A stretch of DNA of 64,000 nucleotides from a bacterium. GTDB lineage: Bacteria; Patescibacteriota; Minisyncoccia; Phycocordibacterales; UBA9973. The position numbers were made by a program, and so were the translations under genes. The stretch's first letter is position 1; every line of letters begins with the position of its first letter. This document shows positions 19,442 through 27,702 of this stretch, in pieces. The DNA is taken from the NCBI GenBank assembly GCA_037127795.1, contig JBAXXQ010000001.1, forward strand, positions 405,198 to 469,197, read 5' to 3'. The notes under the pieces were generated by a model that was not told the origin of the DNA, searched no databases, and saw only the letters and a list, made by a program, of their open reading frames with translations.

Positions 19442-20740
19442 ATGGTATTATCAAATAATATGGAACATATAAACTATGTAGAGATTTTAAAGAAAAAACT
19501 TCAGTCTCTCTTTGAAAAAGAAGACTGGAGTGAGAAAGATTTTTCTGAGGTTTTTTATGCTACTGACTCAAAAATTCAGGTCATTTGGATTTTAAATGAT
19601 TGGGTAAAAGACGGAAAATATATTGAAGAGTCTATGAGGGTCGCTGAGATATTAAAAAATGATCGGGACCCTATTATAAATAGTGAAGAAGATAAAAATG
19701 CCAAAGATGGTAAAGATATAAATTTTATTCATACAGTAAGAGGATCTCTTCCTTATTTACTAGAAAAGATCACTGCAAGTTTAAAAACTGAATACTATAC
19801 ACGCATATTAGATGTTACAGAAGATTTATTAAATGACAAAAATATTTACGTAAGAGCTCACGCTGTAACAGCGTTACTAAGTCTTTCTTATAATGTTTAT
19901 GCAACTAATCGTAACGATGGAACACCTTTTAATTTTGAAGATAGAGAGCGTGTTAGAGTGCTTGCCTTGAGGGTATTAAATGAAAATCATGTATACCCTA
20001 GAGTTTTAGAATTCGTAACAAGAGTTTTTGATAGATTACGCAGACTTAACGAGAACGATGCTAAAGTTTTTTTTGATTACTTACTTTATAAAAATATCGA
20101 AGAAAAAACATATAACCCTGATTATGTTTTAGAAAATGTAGCTCCTTTGTTGATATATTACGCTGAATTTCGTATAAAAATAAAAGACAATTTCAATGAT
20201 ACTTTCTTTAAAGAACTACTTATTTCTGTAATTAAAACAGCTCCTCCTAGATTAAAATCAACACTTGTCTGGCATATTTGGAAAGTTATAGAGGAAGATG
20301 CTTCTTGTTTAGGGGCTTTTGAAAAATATATAGATATTATTTTTGAAGGTGATTTTCAAAAAGAAACAGTTGGACAGTTGGAAATCTTAATGGAAAAAGT
20401 GTTTTCTATAGATCAAAACTTAGGAATTATAATATTTAAAAAATACATAAATTATATTGAAAAAAGGCAAACAAACGAAATGTTATGGCTTTTAAGTGTT
20501 CAAGATTTTTTACCTAAGATCGCAGATTTTGATGCTGATATTTTTTTAGAATCTTTAAAATCTCTTGTAGGTATATGGAGAAAAGGAAATGCTTATATTG
20601 GTGATTATAAAAATCTATTTAATTCGTTTACTTATATAAAAGAAAAAACTAAAAGAGAGCTAGTAAGGTATGAGGTTTTAAAAATCTTTTCTGAGATGCA
20701 TAAAATTAAGTCTGAGGTACTTGAAAGTTATGAAGATTGA
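19442..20740 (+). CDS. Hypothetical 432-aa alpha-helical (HEAT/ARM-like) protein (element cargo)
   Basis: Repeated helical segments with HEAT-like strings (YVRAHAVTALLSLS). Its last 20 nt overlap the next ORF, which suggests translational coupling. Confidence 0.4.
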   Translation: MVLSNNMEHINYVEILKKKLQSLFEKEDWSEKDFSEVFYATDSKIQVIWILNDWVKDGKYIEESMRVAEILKNDRDPIINSEEDKNAKDGKDINFIHTVRGSLPYLLEKITASLKTEYYTRILDVTEDLLNDKNIYVRAHAVTALLSLSYNVYATNRNDGTPFNFEDRERVRVLALRVLNENHVYPRVLEFVTRVFDRLRRLNENDAKVFFDYLLYKNIEEKTYNPDYVLENVAPLLIYYAEFRIKIKDNFNDTFFKELLISVIKTAPPRLKSTLVWHIWKVIEEDASCLGAFEKYIDIIFEGDFQKETVGQLEILMEKVFSIDQNLGIIIFKKYINYIEKRQTNEMLWLLSVQDFLPKIADFDADIFLESLKSLVGIWRKGNAYIGDYKNLFNSFTYIKEKTKRELVRYEVLKIFSEMHKIKSEVLESYED

Positions 20741-21305
20741 TGAATATAGAGATCTTATCGTGGAGTGTAAGAGAAGCTTAGAATCTTCGGAGCGTCTTTT
20801 TAAAGATGTCTTTGTTTCCTCTGTTATTACGAGTAACGGGATTGTTGCCTTGAGTCAGGATAATTTAGAAAGAAATAAAAAGATGCGATATATGGCGGTT
20901 GCATTGATATGTATCGAATGGGAATCTTTGAGATCTCAAATACATCATTCTGATCAAAGTAAGCATCATAAATTTTGTATTAAAGTATATAAAGGGGATA
21001 ATGCATGGGGCACAACAAAGAGTTTGAGGGAGTTGGGTATTTTAAGAGATTGTATTATGCACCATGGTGGAGAAATATTTAGATATACAGAGTGGATGAA
21101 GCGTAAAAGAGGTGTAATTGTAGTAATAGACAAAAAATATGAAGATCCTAAAACAAAGAAACTATCTTTTACAGATGAGCATCTTTTTTATTTTTTTAAA
21201 TTAATTAAAGAAGATAGTTTGGATCATATCTTTACTAGAATAGAAAACCATATTGAGAAAAATAACCCACCAGTTTCAATCCTTAAAAGACTTAGATTAT
21301 TTTAA
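20721..21305 (+). CDS. Hypothetical 194-aa protein (element cargo), overlapping the upstream ORF
   Basis: ORF in operon arrangement with 19442..20740. No motif recognised. Confidence 0.4.
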   Translation: MKVMKIDEYRDLIVECKRSLESSERLFKDVFVSSVITSNGIVALSQDNLERNKKMRYMAVALICIEWESLRSQIHHSDQSKHHKFCIKVYKGDNAWGTTKSLRELGILRDCIMHHGGEIFRYTEWMKRKRGVIVVIDKKYEDPKTKKLSFTDEHLFYFFKLIKEDSLDHIFTRIENHIEKNNPPVSILKRLRLF

Positions 21306-21661
21306 TATTTAGTTCCGATAAAATAGGCTACTAATAAGGTTCCGTATATAGCTATATACGGGTATATGTTTTTAATAAAACTAGATCCAAAAATAAGAAA
21401 AAGAAAGGAGTATAAGAATAGTTCTATTATGATTTCTTTATTCCATTTACTGTGTTGTCCAACTGTAAATGCAATATAAAAATACAGTGCCAAACCAATT
21501 ATAAAACTAATCCAAATAATATTAGGAGAAAAAATATTTGATATGGTCTGAATTAAGATTGAGCTTAGGATTATAATCGAGCTCCACATTATCCATCTCA
21601 AATTAGTTATTTGAATTTCTTTTTGTTCTAATTGGTGATGTAAAAAATCTTCTTTGTCCAT
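21302..21661 (-). CDS. Small membrane protein (three predicted TM helices)
   Basis: Hydrophobic stretches IIILSSILIQTISNIF, ISFIIGLALYFYIAF and LFLYSFLFLIFGSSFI. Confidence 0.35.
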   Translation of the reverse strand: MDKEDFLHHQLEQKEIQITNLRWIMWSSIIILSSILIQTISNIFSPNIIWISFIIGLALYFYIAFTVGQHSKWNKEIIIELFLYSFLFLIFGSSFIKNIYPYIAIYGTLLVAYFIGTKY

Positions 21662-21667
21662 ACCTAT

Positions 21668-21904
21668 TTACTGTTGTTTTCGTATTACTTTATAGATCCA
21701 AATAGCCCCAGATATAATTCCAGCATAAAATACTGGCGGCATAATAAGTCCAATAAGAAGGCATGCACCAGCTGTATTCCTATATTCTTCACGAGTCATT
21801 TTTTTAAATTTCCACCAATCTTTTTTAGATATATCACCAAATCCAGTTTTTTCTAGTATAGGCGAAGGTGATATTTTAAATGATTTAATTTTGTCTTTTT
21901 CCAT
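21668..21904 (-). CDS. Small membrane protein
   Basis: C-terminal TM helix (ACLLIGLIMPPVFYAGIISGAIWIY). Start taken at MEKDKIK. The longer ORF-track start overlaps an AT-rich leader. Confidence 0.3.
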   Translation of the reverse strand: MEKDKIKSFKISPSPILEKTGFGDISKKDWWKFKKMTREEYRNTAGACLLIGLIMPPVFYAGIISGAIWIYKVIRKQQ

Positions 21905-22255
21905 AGGTTTTTTTTGCAAAAATGATAATTCCATAGAGTGGAACACAAAAAGCCCACCACATGGAGTGAGGGTTTTAAGGCCCTCCATACTCGTTTCCAA
22001 GTATGGCCTGCAAAGACAAATCCCCATCTGATGGGTTCTTTATGTCTTTGCAGGACGATTTTTTCACCATGCCGCTGATTGCTCAAGGGTTTAGGCTACT
22101 TATTACTATTTAGTTGTACATCTAGAATATCACATGTGCTAAAAGATATCCACAGGTATAGATGCTTGCCCAAAAATGGCAGTGCGTTATGATTGGATCA
22201 CACGATTATATCGCCCAATAAAAGTATGGTTTCTGATTGAAATATATTCGAACGT

Positions 22256-22335
22256 AAAGATAAAATTAGAAGATAAAACTAAAAGATAAAAATGCAGACA
22301 AAAATAGATAATATTACAAACCTAAATAAGATAAA
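22256..22335 (+). repeat. Iteron-like direct repeats (AAGATAAAA x5), part of the putative origin of replication of the element
   Basis: aaagataaaat / gaagataaaac / aaagataaaaa at a 13-bp pitch (22256, 22269, 22282), then atagataat (22303) and aagataaac (22327). Confidence 0.5.
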
Positions 22336-22349
22336 CATCTACATACAGA

Positions 22350-22431
22350 ATTCCTGAACGTTCTAAAGTAAGCCTACTGCTTACTTGGTGGGTCGTCTTT
22401 TGACGTTCAGGAACCTACTAAGTAAATAGTA
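22350..22431 (+). repeat. Nested inverted repeats immediately upstream of the Prim-Pol gene (putative ori/operator)
   Basis: Outer stem ttcctgaacgt/acgttcaggaa (11 bp). It encloses an inner hairpin aagtaagc-ctact-gcttactt. A third hairpin ctacta-agtaaa-tagtag follows. Confidence 0.5.
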
Positions 22432-22451
22432 GACTTTGTCTTCATTCAAAT

Positions 22452-24251
22452 ATGAATAAAACAAATCTTGATGAAGCTATTAAATTAAGCGAACTGAACT
22501 GGAGTATTATACCAATAGGAAACAATAAAAAACCTCTCGTAAAATGGAAAGAATTTCAAGAAAGACTAGCAACTAAAGAAGAAATAACATCTTGGTTTAA
22601 AAGATGGCCAAATGCAAATATTGCTGTTGTTACAGGTAAAATATCAAACGTTATTGTTTTTGATATAGACGCAAAACACGGTAGAGAAATAAGAGAATTC
22701 CAAATACCGCCTACAATTATCTCAAAAACTGGAGGTGGTGGTAATCATATATTCTTTAAATACCCCGATCGACATGTCCCGAATTCAAATGGTACTCTTT
22801 TTGGAGAAGGAATAGATATTAAAGGGGATGATGGGTATGCAATAGTACCTTATTCATCTCATAAATCTGGTAATTTTTATGAATGGGTTGAAATGTGTTC
22901 TCCGTTTGATATAGAACCAATAGATGTCCCAAACTGGCTGTACAATAAATTATTTGAAAATAATAATTCTGACAGTAAAACAAAATTATGGGAAAAAGAA
23001 ACATCTGATGTATTAGAAGGTACAAGAAACCAAACAGCAGCATCTGTAGCTGGTAAGATAATAAATACAATTCGAGAAGAAAATATACCTATCATTGGAT
23101 GGAACATGTTTAAGGATTGGAATAAAAATATTCCATCCCCTCTTCCCGAAAAGGAATTAAGAAGTACCTGGGAGAGTATCGGAAAATACCATACAACTAA
23201 TGGAGAGGAATCTAAGCCTCTTCTTGAAAAAATTAATATTACATCATGGAAACAATTCTCAAAAAAAGATTTTTCTGAAGTAAGCTGGCGTATACAGAAC
23301 CTTATACCTATGGAGGGTTTTGTTATATTATCTGCAATTTCAGGAGAAAAGAAGACATGGGTTTCTCTTGAGATGGCAAAATGTATTGCTGAAGGTATAA
23401 ACTTTTTAGGGACCGAGCTCTTTAAAACTGAACAAGGAAAAATACTCTATATTGATCAAGAAAACCCTGAACGAGACATTGTTCGAAGAGGTAAACAGCT
23501 TGGATTCAAAGAGAATGAAAATTTCTATATTTATAGACCAAACTCTTTAAACTTAAACGATGAAAAAATTGTTAAAGAATTATTAAGTAAAATTAAAGAA
23601 AACAATATTAATGTTGTCTTCATAGATACATTCCGAGCAGTTGCAGGAGGACTCAAAGAAGATAAGGCTGAAGATGTTCGCATGTTTTTTAACCGTTTTA
23701 AAATACTAAAAGATAGTGGTGTTGTAATCGTATGGCTCGATCATCGAAGAAAACCTGCCAACTTTGAAGGAAAAGTGCCTAAAAAAGAACAATTACTGGG
23801 TAGCCAAGACAAGACAGCTAGTGTTGAAATACTACTCCAACTATCAAGTGAATCTGGAAGTAACGAAATACGTGTATTTCAAGCAAAGAATCGCCTAGAT
23901 AGAGAGATAAATGCTTTTAAAATAGCTATGGTTGATAAAGATAACGAAGATGGGACAAGAACTACAGATTTAATTTATGATGGTGAGATTGATGAAGATG
24001 AGACAAAAAAGAATGAAGCAAAAGAGTATATATTGGAATTATTAGGATCGGGAGGTAAAACAACAAAAGAAATAAAAAATACTGTTTCAACACAGAGAAA
24101 AATTGGCGAGAAGAACATAAGACTTGCACTAGGTGAACTTGTTGATAGCGAGCAAATCGATTATTCTAAAAAAGGGCGCAGTCATTTCTATTTTATTAAA
24201 GAAACATCATCTTTAGAAGAATCAGAAATAATGAGTTTGGACGATCTCTAA
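22452..24251 (+). CDS. Replication initiation protein: N-terminal bifunctional primase-polymerase (Prim-Pol) domain fused to a RepA/AAA_25-like helicase-loader domain
   Basis: Prim-Pol motifs: WSIIPIGNNKKPLVKWKEF, the DxD motif IVFDIDAKHG, and GGGNHIFFKYP. The C-terminal half has a RecA-like ATPase pattern (ILSAISGEKKTWVSLEMAKCIAEG ... VVFIDTFRAV ... WLDHRRK), typical of plasmid/phage RepA or AAA_25. Confidence 0.7.
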   Translation: MNKTNLDEAIKLSELNWSIIPIGNNKKPLVKWKEFQERLATKEEITSWFKRWPNANIAVVTGKISNVIVFDIDAKHGREIREFQIPPTIISKTGGGGNHIFFKYPDRHVPNSNGTLFGEGIDIKGDDGYAIVPYSSHKSGNFYEWVEMCSPFDIEPIDVPNWLYNKLFENNNSDSKTKLWEKETSDVLEGTRNQTAASVAGKIINTIREENIPIIGWNMFKDWNKNIPSPLPEKELRSTWESIGKYHTTNGEESKPLLEKINITSWKQFSKKDFSEVSWRIQNLIPMEGFVILSAISGEKKTWVSLEMAKCIAEGINFLGTELFKTEQGKILYIDQENPERDIVRRGKQLGFKENENFYIYRPNSLNLNDEKIVKELLSKIKENNINVVFIDTFRAVAGGLKEDKAEDVRMFFNRFKILKDSGVVIVWLDHRRKPANFEGKVPKKEQLLGSQDKTASVEILLQLSSESGSNEIRVFQAKNRLDREINAFKIAMVDKDNEDGTRTTDLIYDGEIDEDETKKNEAKEYILELLGSGGKTTKEIKNTVSTQRKIGEKNIRLALGELVDSEQIDYSKKGRSHFYFIKETSSLEESEIMSLDDL

Positions 24252-24321
24252 AAGCTAACTATTAATGTATTACCAAATTACCACGATAGTGTTCTATATC
24301 ATGGCAATTTGGTAATTATTA

Positions 24322-25278
24322 TTAAGTATTCAATGGATGTTTAGCCATTTGCCCACGTAAGTGCTCTGCGCTCGCATATAAATATATAGTCGTGGTCTTG
24401 ATATCTGCGTGGCCGAGCATTTTCCCTAAAGAATAGATATCTACTCCCCCTTCAAGCATTAACGTTGCAAACGTATGTCTAAGCTTGTGGGCTGTAAAGA
24501 ATATCCCAGAGGATGTCCGTATTTTCTCAATAAGGTTTTTAAGCCCTGTTTGCGTAAAACCAAGATTATGATTAAGTGACGTAAAGAACTCCGGGCATGT
24601 CTTATGGAGCCTGTGACGCTCTTCTAGATACCGTATAAGGCTCTGTGCGAGCGTTTGCGACATAGGAACTACACGATCCTTATTCCCCTTCCCTTGCCTA
24701 ATAAATATGGAAAAATTCTCTATATCTACGTCCATTAATTTAAGCTTCAAAAGCTCTTGTTTTCGCAACCCTGCATGAATGAACATAGAAAATATCGCAT
24801 GGTTCCTATACCGTAAAAATCTATACTTATATGGATAATTATAGACAACCTCAAGTAGTCGCTGTGTATCATACTGTGTTAATTTTGGCGGTAGCTTTTT
24901 ATGAAGCTTTGGTACTTCAATATCCTGTACCGGATTCTTTTGTATATATCCTTCCTTAATACACCAGCGGAAAAATACCAAGAGTGACTTATGGTAATGT
25001 AAAAAAGTATTCGGACTCCAATTGCGCTCAGTCCTACCGTTATAAAAGAAGTTTCGTATAGAATCCTCAGTTACTTGAGTGATATCTCTCGTATGTGTTG
25101 AATTTGAATAAAAGGTAACAACTTGCCTATATCTCTTGATGGTAACCTTCGAGAAACCTTTTATAGATAAAGAATGATCACAAAACTTCTCACATAAAAA
25201 TAATATATCCATGTTTTTTGTGTAAAGAGAAAGATCTTTTAGGATAGCCCGTAAGCTGTTTACACAAGGGAGAGACAA
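24322..25278 (-). CDS. Tyrosine recombinase/integrase
   Basis: C-terminal catalytic region HKLRHTFATLMLEGGVDIYSLGKMLGHADIKTTTIYLY shows the R..H-x-x-R...Y signature. Lies adjacent to the tRNA-Phe att site. Confidence 0.85.
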   Translation of the reverse strand: MSLPCVNSLRAILKDLSLYTKNMDILFLCEKFCDHSLSIKGFSKVTIKRYRQVVTFYSNSTHTRDITQVTEDSIRNFFYNGRTERNWSPNTFLHYHKSLLVFFRWCIKEGYIQKNPVQDIEVPKLHKKLPPKLTQYDTQRLLEVVYNYPYKYRFLRYRNHAIFSMFIHAGLRKQELLKLKLMDVDIENFSIFIRQGKGNKDRVVPMSQTLAQSLIRYLEERHRLHKTCPEFFTSLNHNLGFTQTGLKNLIEKIRTSSGIFFTAHKLRHTFATLMLEGGVDIYSLGKMLGHADIKTTTIYLYASAEHLRGQMAKHPLNT

Positions 25279-25323
25279 AAAAAATACCTCATTATCAAAA
25301 ATAGATTGATAATAAAGGATGTT

Positions 25324-25396
25324 GTGCTTGAGACCAGACTTGAACTGGTGACATCTCCCTCTTCAGGGGAGCGCTCTACCAACTGAGCTACTCAAG
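25324..25396 (-). tRNA. tRNA-Phe(GAA), intact copy reconstituted at the attL-like end
   Basis: Acceptor GCTTGAG/CTCAAGC (perfect), D-arm GCTC-AGTTGGTA-GAGC, anticodon arm CTCCC-CTGAAGA-GGGAG (anticodon GAA), T-arm ACCAG-TTCAAGT-CTGGT, discriminator A. Confidence 0.85.
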
Positions 25397-25454
25397 CAAT
25401 ACCATTTGGTACATATTTTATACACGAAAAAAGACTTTTTTGCAAATAGGAAAT

Positions 25455-25724
25455 CTATTTACTATCCCCTTTCAGCTGACTTAATATCCCTGTAAGGTTG
25501 CGGACATCAGTACCGCCACCAGTATTAAAGACTGCGCCAAGCTGACCCAAATATGGCTTCACAAAATACAATGCACCAAAACCAAGCAAGAATATCATTA
25601 CCCAATAAAACATACGAAATGCAGTCGCAATACGCTGTGCGCTTCGCATACGCTTCAAAATAATAGTATTTTCTTCAATAGCAGCTTCAAGTGCACTAAG
25701 TCTTTTGTCTAAAATTGGATCCAT
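25455..25724 (-). CDS. Hypothetical small membrane protein
   Basis: One or two TM segments (FYWVMIFLLGFGALYFV). No motif recognised. Confidence 0.35.
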   Translation of the reverse strand: MDPILDKRLSALEAAIEENTIILKRMRSAQRIATAFRMFYWVMIFLLGFGALYFVKPYLGQLGAVFNTGGGTDVRNLTGILSQLKGDSK

Positions 25725-25816
25725 ATACAGATATTATATCATATCGATATGTATTTTATCTACACAGGAGTATACTTATACAGAACAGTAATTATTACTA
25801 ATTCTTATTATTATTT

Positions 25817-26182
25817 ATGAATACAATTATATTGGCACACATACTCAGTATTGTTTTTATCACACTCGGTTTATCAATGATTTTTAATAAAAAATGGACT
25901 GCGCAAGTTATCCAAGAACTCGTCGCAAGTAGTAGTGTATTGTGGCTTGCAGGACTTCTCACTATACTTCTCGGCGCAATGATTGTCGTAATCAATATAC
26001 CGATCAATACCAACTTAGCTCTCTATATAGAAATTCTCGGCTGGATGACACTCATCAAAGGTATGATGATTATGATCTTCCCACAACAAACAATTCTCTA
26101 TTATAAAAAGATGAATATCACTAGTGCATTTACTTGGGGAGGAATTTTTGTAGTGATACTTGGTATACTTTTGGTATTGTAG
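25817..26182 (+). CDS. Hypothetical membrane protein (four TM helices)
   Basis: Hydrophobic helices throughout. No conserved motif. Confidence 0.4.
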   Translation: MNTIILAHILSIVFITLGLSMIFNKKWTAQVIQELVASSSVLWLAGLLTILLGAMIVVINIPINTNLALYIEILGWMTLIKGMMIMIFPQQTILYYKKMNITSAFTWGGIFVVILGILLVL

Positions 26183-26230
26183 AGTATCCACAATTGACTT
26201 GATGATACATTACTCTATATACTAGTAGTA

Positions 26231-26800
26231 ATGAAAAGAATATACATGGGGCTAAGTGTTATAGCTGCACTCGTAATAGGCTTTTTTGCTGGACAAGAAA
26301 TCTTGTCGCTCACTCATTTTGATGCATCAAACTTAGGCGCTTCTGTATTAAAAGAAAAAGATCCTACACTCATCGCAGTAATCACTGGTATACCTTCTGC
26401 TGATGCAATCAAAAAACAGCTCACCCCTCCTGCAGGACAAAAAATACGTTGGATAGATAGCGAGCCAACAAAAACTGGTGGTTGTAGAACTACAGAGCTC
26501 GATCAAAATACCGGCAAAACTACTCCTATAGGAAAAGATGCGACAACAGCGTGTAGAATTACTGGACTTCATTATGATTTTGTCCCAGTTACAACTGACA
26601 ATGCTCAAAGTAAAATGATCCCTACTAAACCAATTAAAACAACATCAGCAAAATTGCATGTAGTATATTCAGCAAGTACTTCAGCTGGATGTTCATCAAT
26701 AGAAATAGATCTCTATGGCTCAGGCGGTCCAATACCAGGAACATCTACAACAACAAAAGGTCCTTGTACTATTACCGGACTTCACTACTATTTTGATTAA
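26231..26800 (+). CDS. Secreted protein with an internal repeated Cys-containing motif
   Basis: N-terminal signal/TM segment, then repeated C(R/T)ITGLHY(D/Y)F units and Thr-rich linkers. Confidence 0.4.
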   Translation: MKRIYMGLSVIAALVIGFFAGQEILSLTHFDASNLGASVLKEKDPTLIAVITGIPSADAIKKQLTPPAGQKIRWIDSEPTKTGGCRTTELDQNTGKTTPIGKDATTACRITGLHYDFVPVTTDNAQSKMIPTKPIKTTSAKLHVVYSASTSAGCSSIEIDLYGSGGPIPGTSTTTKGPCTITGLHYYFD

Positions 26801-26802
26801 AT

Positions 26803-26832
26803 AAAAAAACACCCTCATTAGGGTGTTTTTTT
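26803..26832 (+). terminator. Rho-independent terminator
   Basis: aacaccc-tcatta-gggtgtt followed by a T7 run. Confidence 0.55.
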
Positions 26833-26835
26833 ATT

Positions 26836-26907
26836 GTGCCTCCAGTACGAATCGAACGTGCAATTACTCCTTAGGACGGAGTCGTTATATCCATTTAACT
26901 ATGGGGG
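26836..26907 (-). tRNA. tRNA-Arg(CCT)
   Basis: Reverse complement reads GCCCCCA-TA-GTTA-AATGGATA-TAAC-G-ACTCC-GTCCTAA-GGAGT-..-TTCGATT-..-TGGAGGC-A, giving anticodon CCT. There is one C-A mismatch in the acceptor stem and one in the T stem, so confidence is reduced. Confidence 0.6.
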
Positions 26908-26929
26908 CTATAGCCCCGTAAGGCATATA

Positions 26930-27160
26930 TTATGCGAGCATTTCCTTGATAACACTTTCTTGGAAACCAACAGTGACAGCGTCTCCAATCTTGATTACTG
27001 GTACGCCAAGCTGGCCAGTAAGCGCAACCATTTCTTTACGTTTTTCTATATCAGTACCAACATTATATTCAGTAAAGGCGAGATTATTTTTCTTAAAAAA
27101 ATCTTTTGCTAAATTACAATAATGGCAAGTTGTGGTGCTGTAAATGGTTATTTCTTTCAT
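26930..27160 (-). CDS. Glutaredoxin-like protein (NrdH/Grx family)
   Basis: CHYC redox motif near the N-terminus (MKEITIYSTTTCHYCNLAKDF), ~77 aa, with GVPVI.. as in glutaredoxins. Confidence 0.6.
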   Translation of the reverse strand: MKEITIYSTTTCHYCNLAKDFFKKNNLAFTEYNVGTDIEKRKEMVALTGQLGVPVIKIGDAVTVGFQESVIKEMLA

Positions 27161-27188
27161 ATGTGTATAGTATATCACACCCACAAAA

Positions 27189-27563
27189 CTAGAACCAAGA
27201 GCACACCATATCCCAAAAACGCTGTATTTTTGATCGAGGTGCAGGTGCAGGCTCGGGTGCTGGAGTACCGATAATTACCATACCTTCATCGGGTTTTACC
27301 AAGTGATATTTCTCTCGAAGCTCCATTTCTTGCCCCAAAGGAGTCTGCAAAAAACGAGTTTCTTCTTCTAGTTTCCCCTTTTTACTATCAAGGAGGGCTT
27401 GTTGTTGTTTTGCGGTATTTATACTTTTACGCAAACCGAGATATTTTTTACCCAAAGAAAATACAGAATTGGACAATACGAAAAATAATACCAATAGTAC
27501 AAATATTTTTATAAAGCTTTTCCATGAAAGATAGCTCTCTTTTTGTGTACTTTCTAGATTCAT
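27189..27563 (-). CDS. Septum formation initiator (FtsB/DivIC-like) protein
   Basis: Single N-terminal TM helix followed by a coiled-coil (LGLRKSINTAKQQQALLDSKKGKLEEETRFLQ), then a short Pro-rich tail. This matches the FtsB/DivIC architecture. Confidence 0.45.
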   Translation of the reverse strand: MNLESTQKESYLSWKSFIKIFVLLVLFFVLSNSVFSLGKKYLGLRKSINTAKQQQALLDSKKGKLEEETRFLQTPLGQEMELREKYHLVKPDEGMVIIGTPAPEPAPAPRSKIQRFWDMVCSWF

Positions 27564-27702
27564 ACGAATATGATACCATATCTATATGTTATTCAATCAA
27601 AATCCCAAAAAAGTAGGTATCGCCTGGAAGATTTTTTCTGCAATCATTATCGTAGGAATGATTTTGGTATACCTCCCAAATATCTTTTTTAAATAGTTTT
27701 TC

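Larger units (their letters stand above)
17323..25389. mobile_element. Integrative plasmid-like/satellite-like element (~8 kb) inserted in the 3' end of tRNA-Phe(GAA), bounded by 70-bp direct repeats
   Basis: Flanking 70-nt exact direct repeats. A tyrosine integrase abuts the intact tRNA. A Prim-Pol/helicase gene sits next to an iteron and inverted-repeat region. Internal ORFs are visibly more A+T-rich than flanking housekeeping genes. No capsid, terminase or tail genes. Confidence 0.75.
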
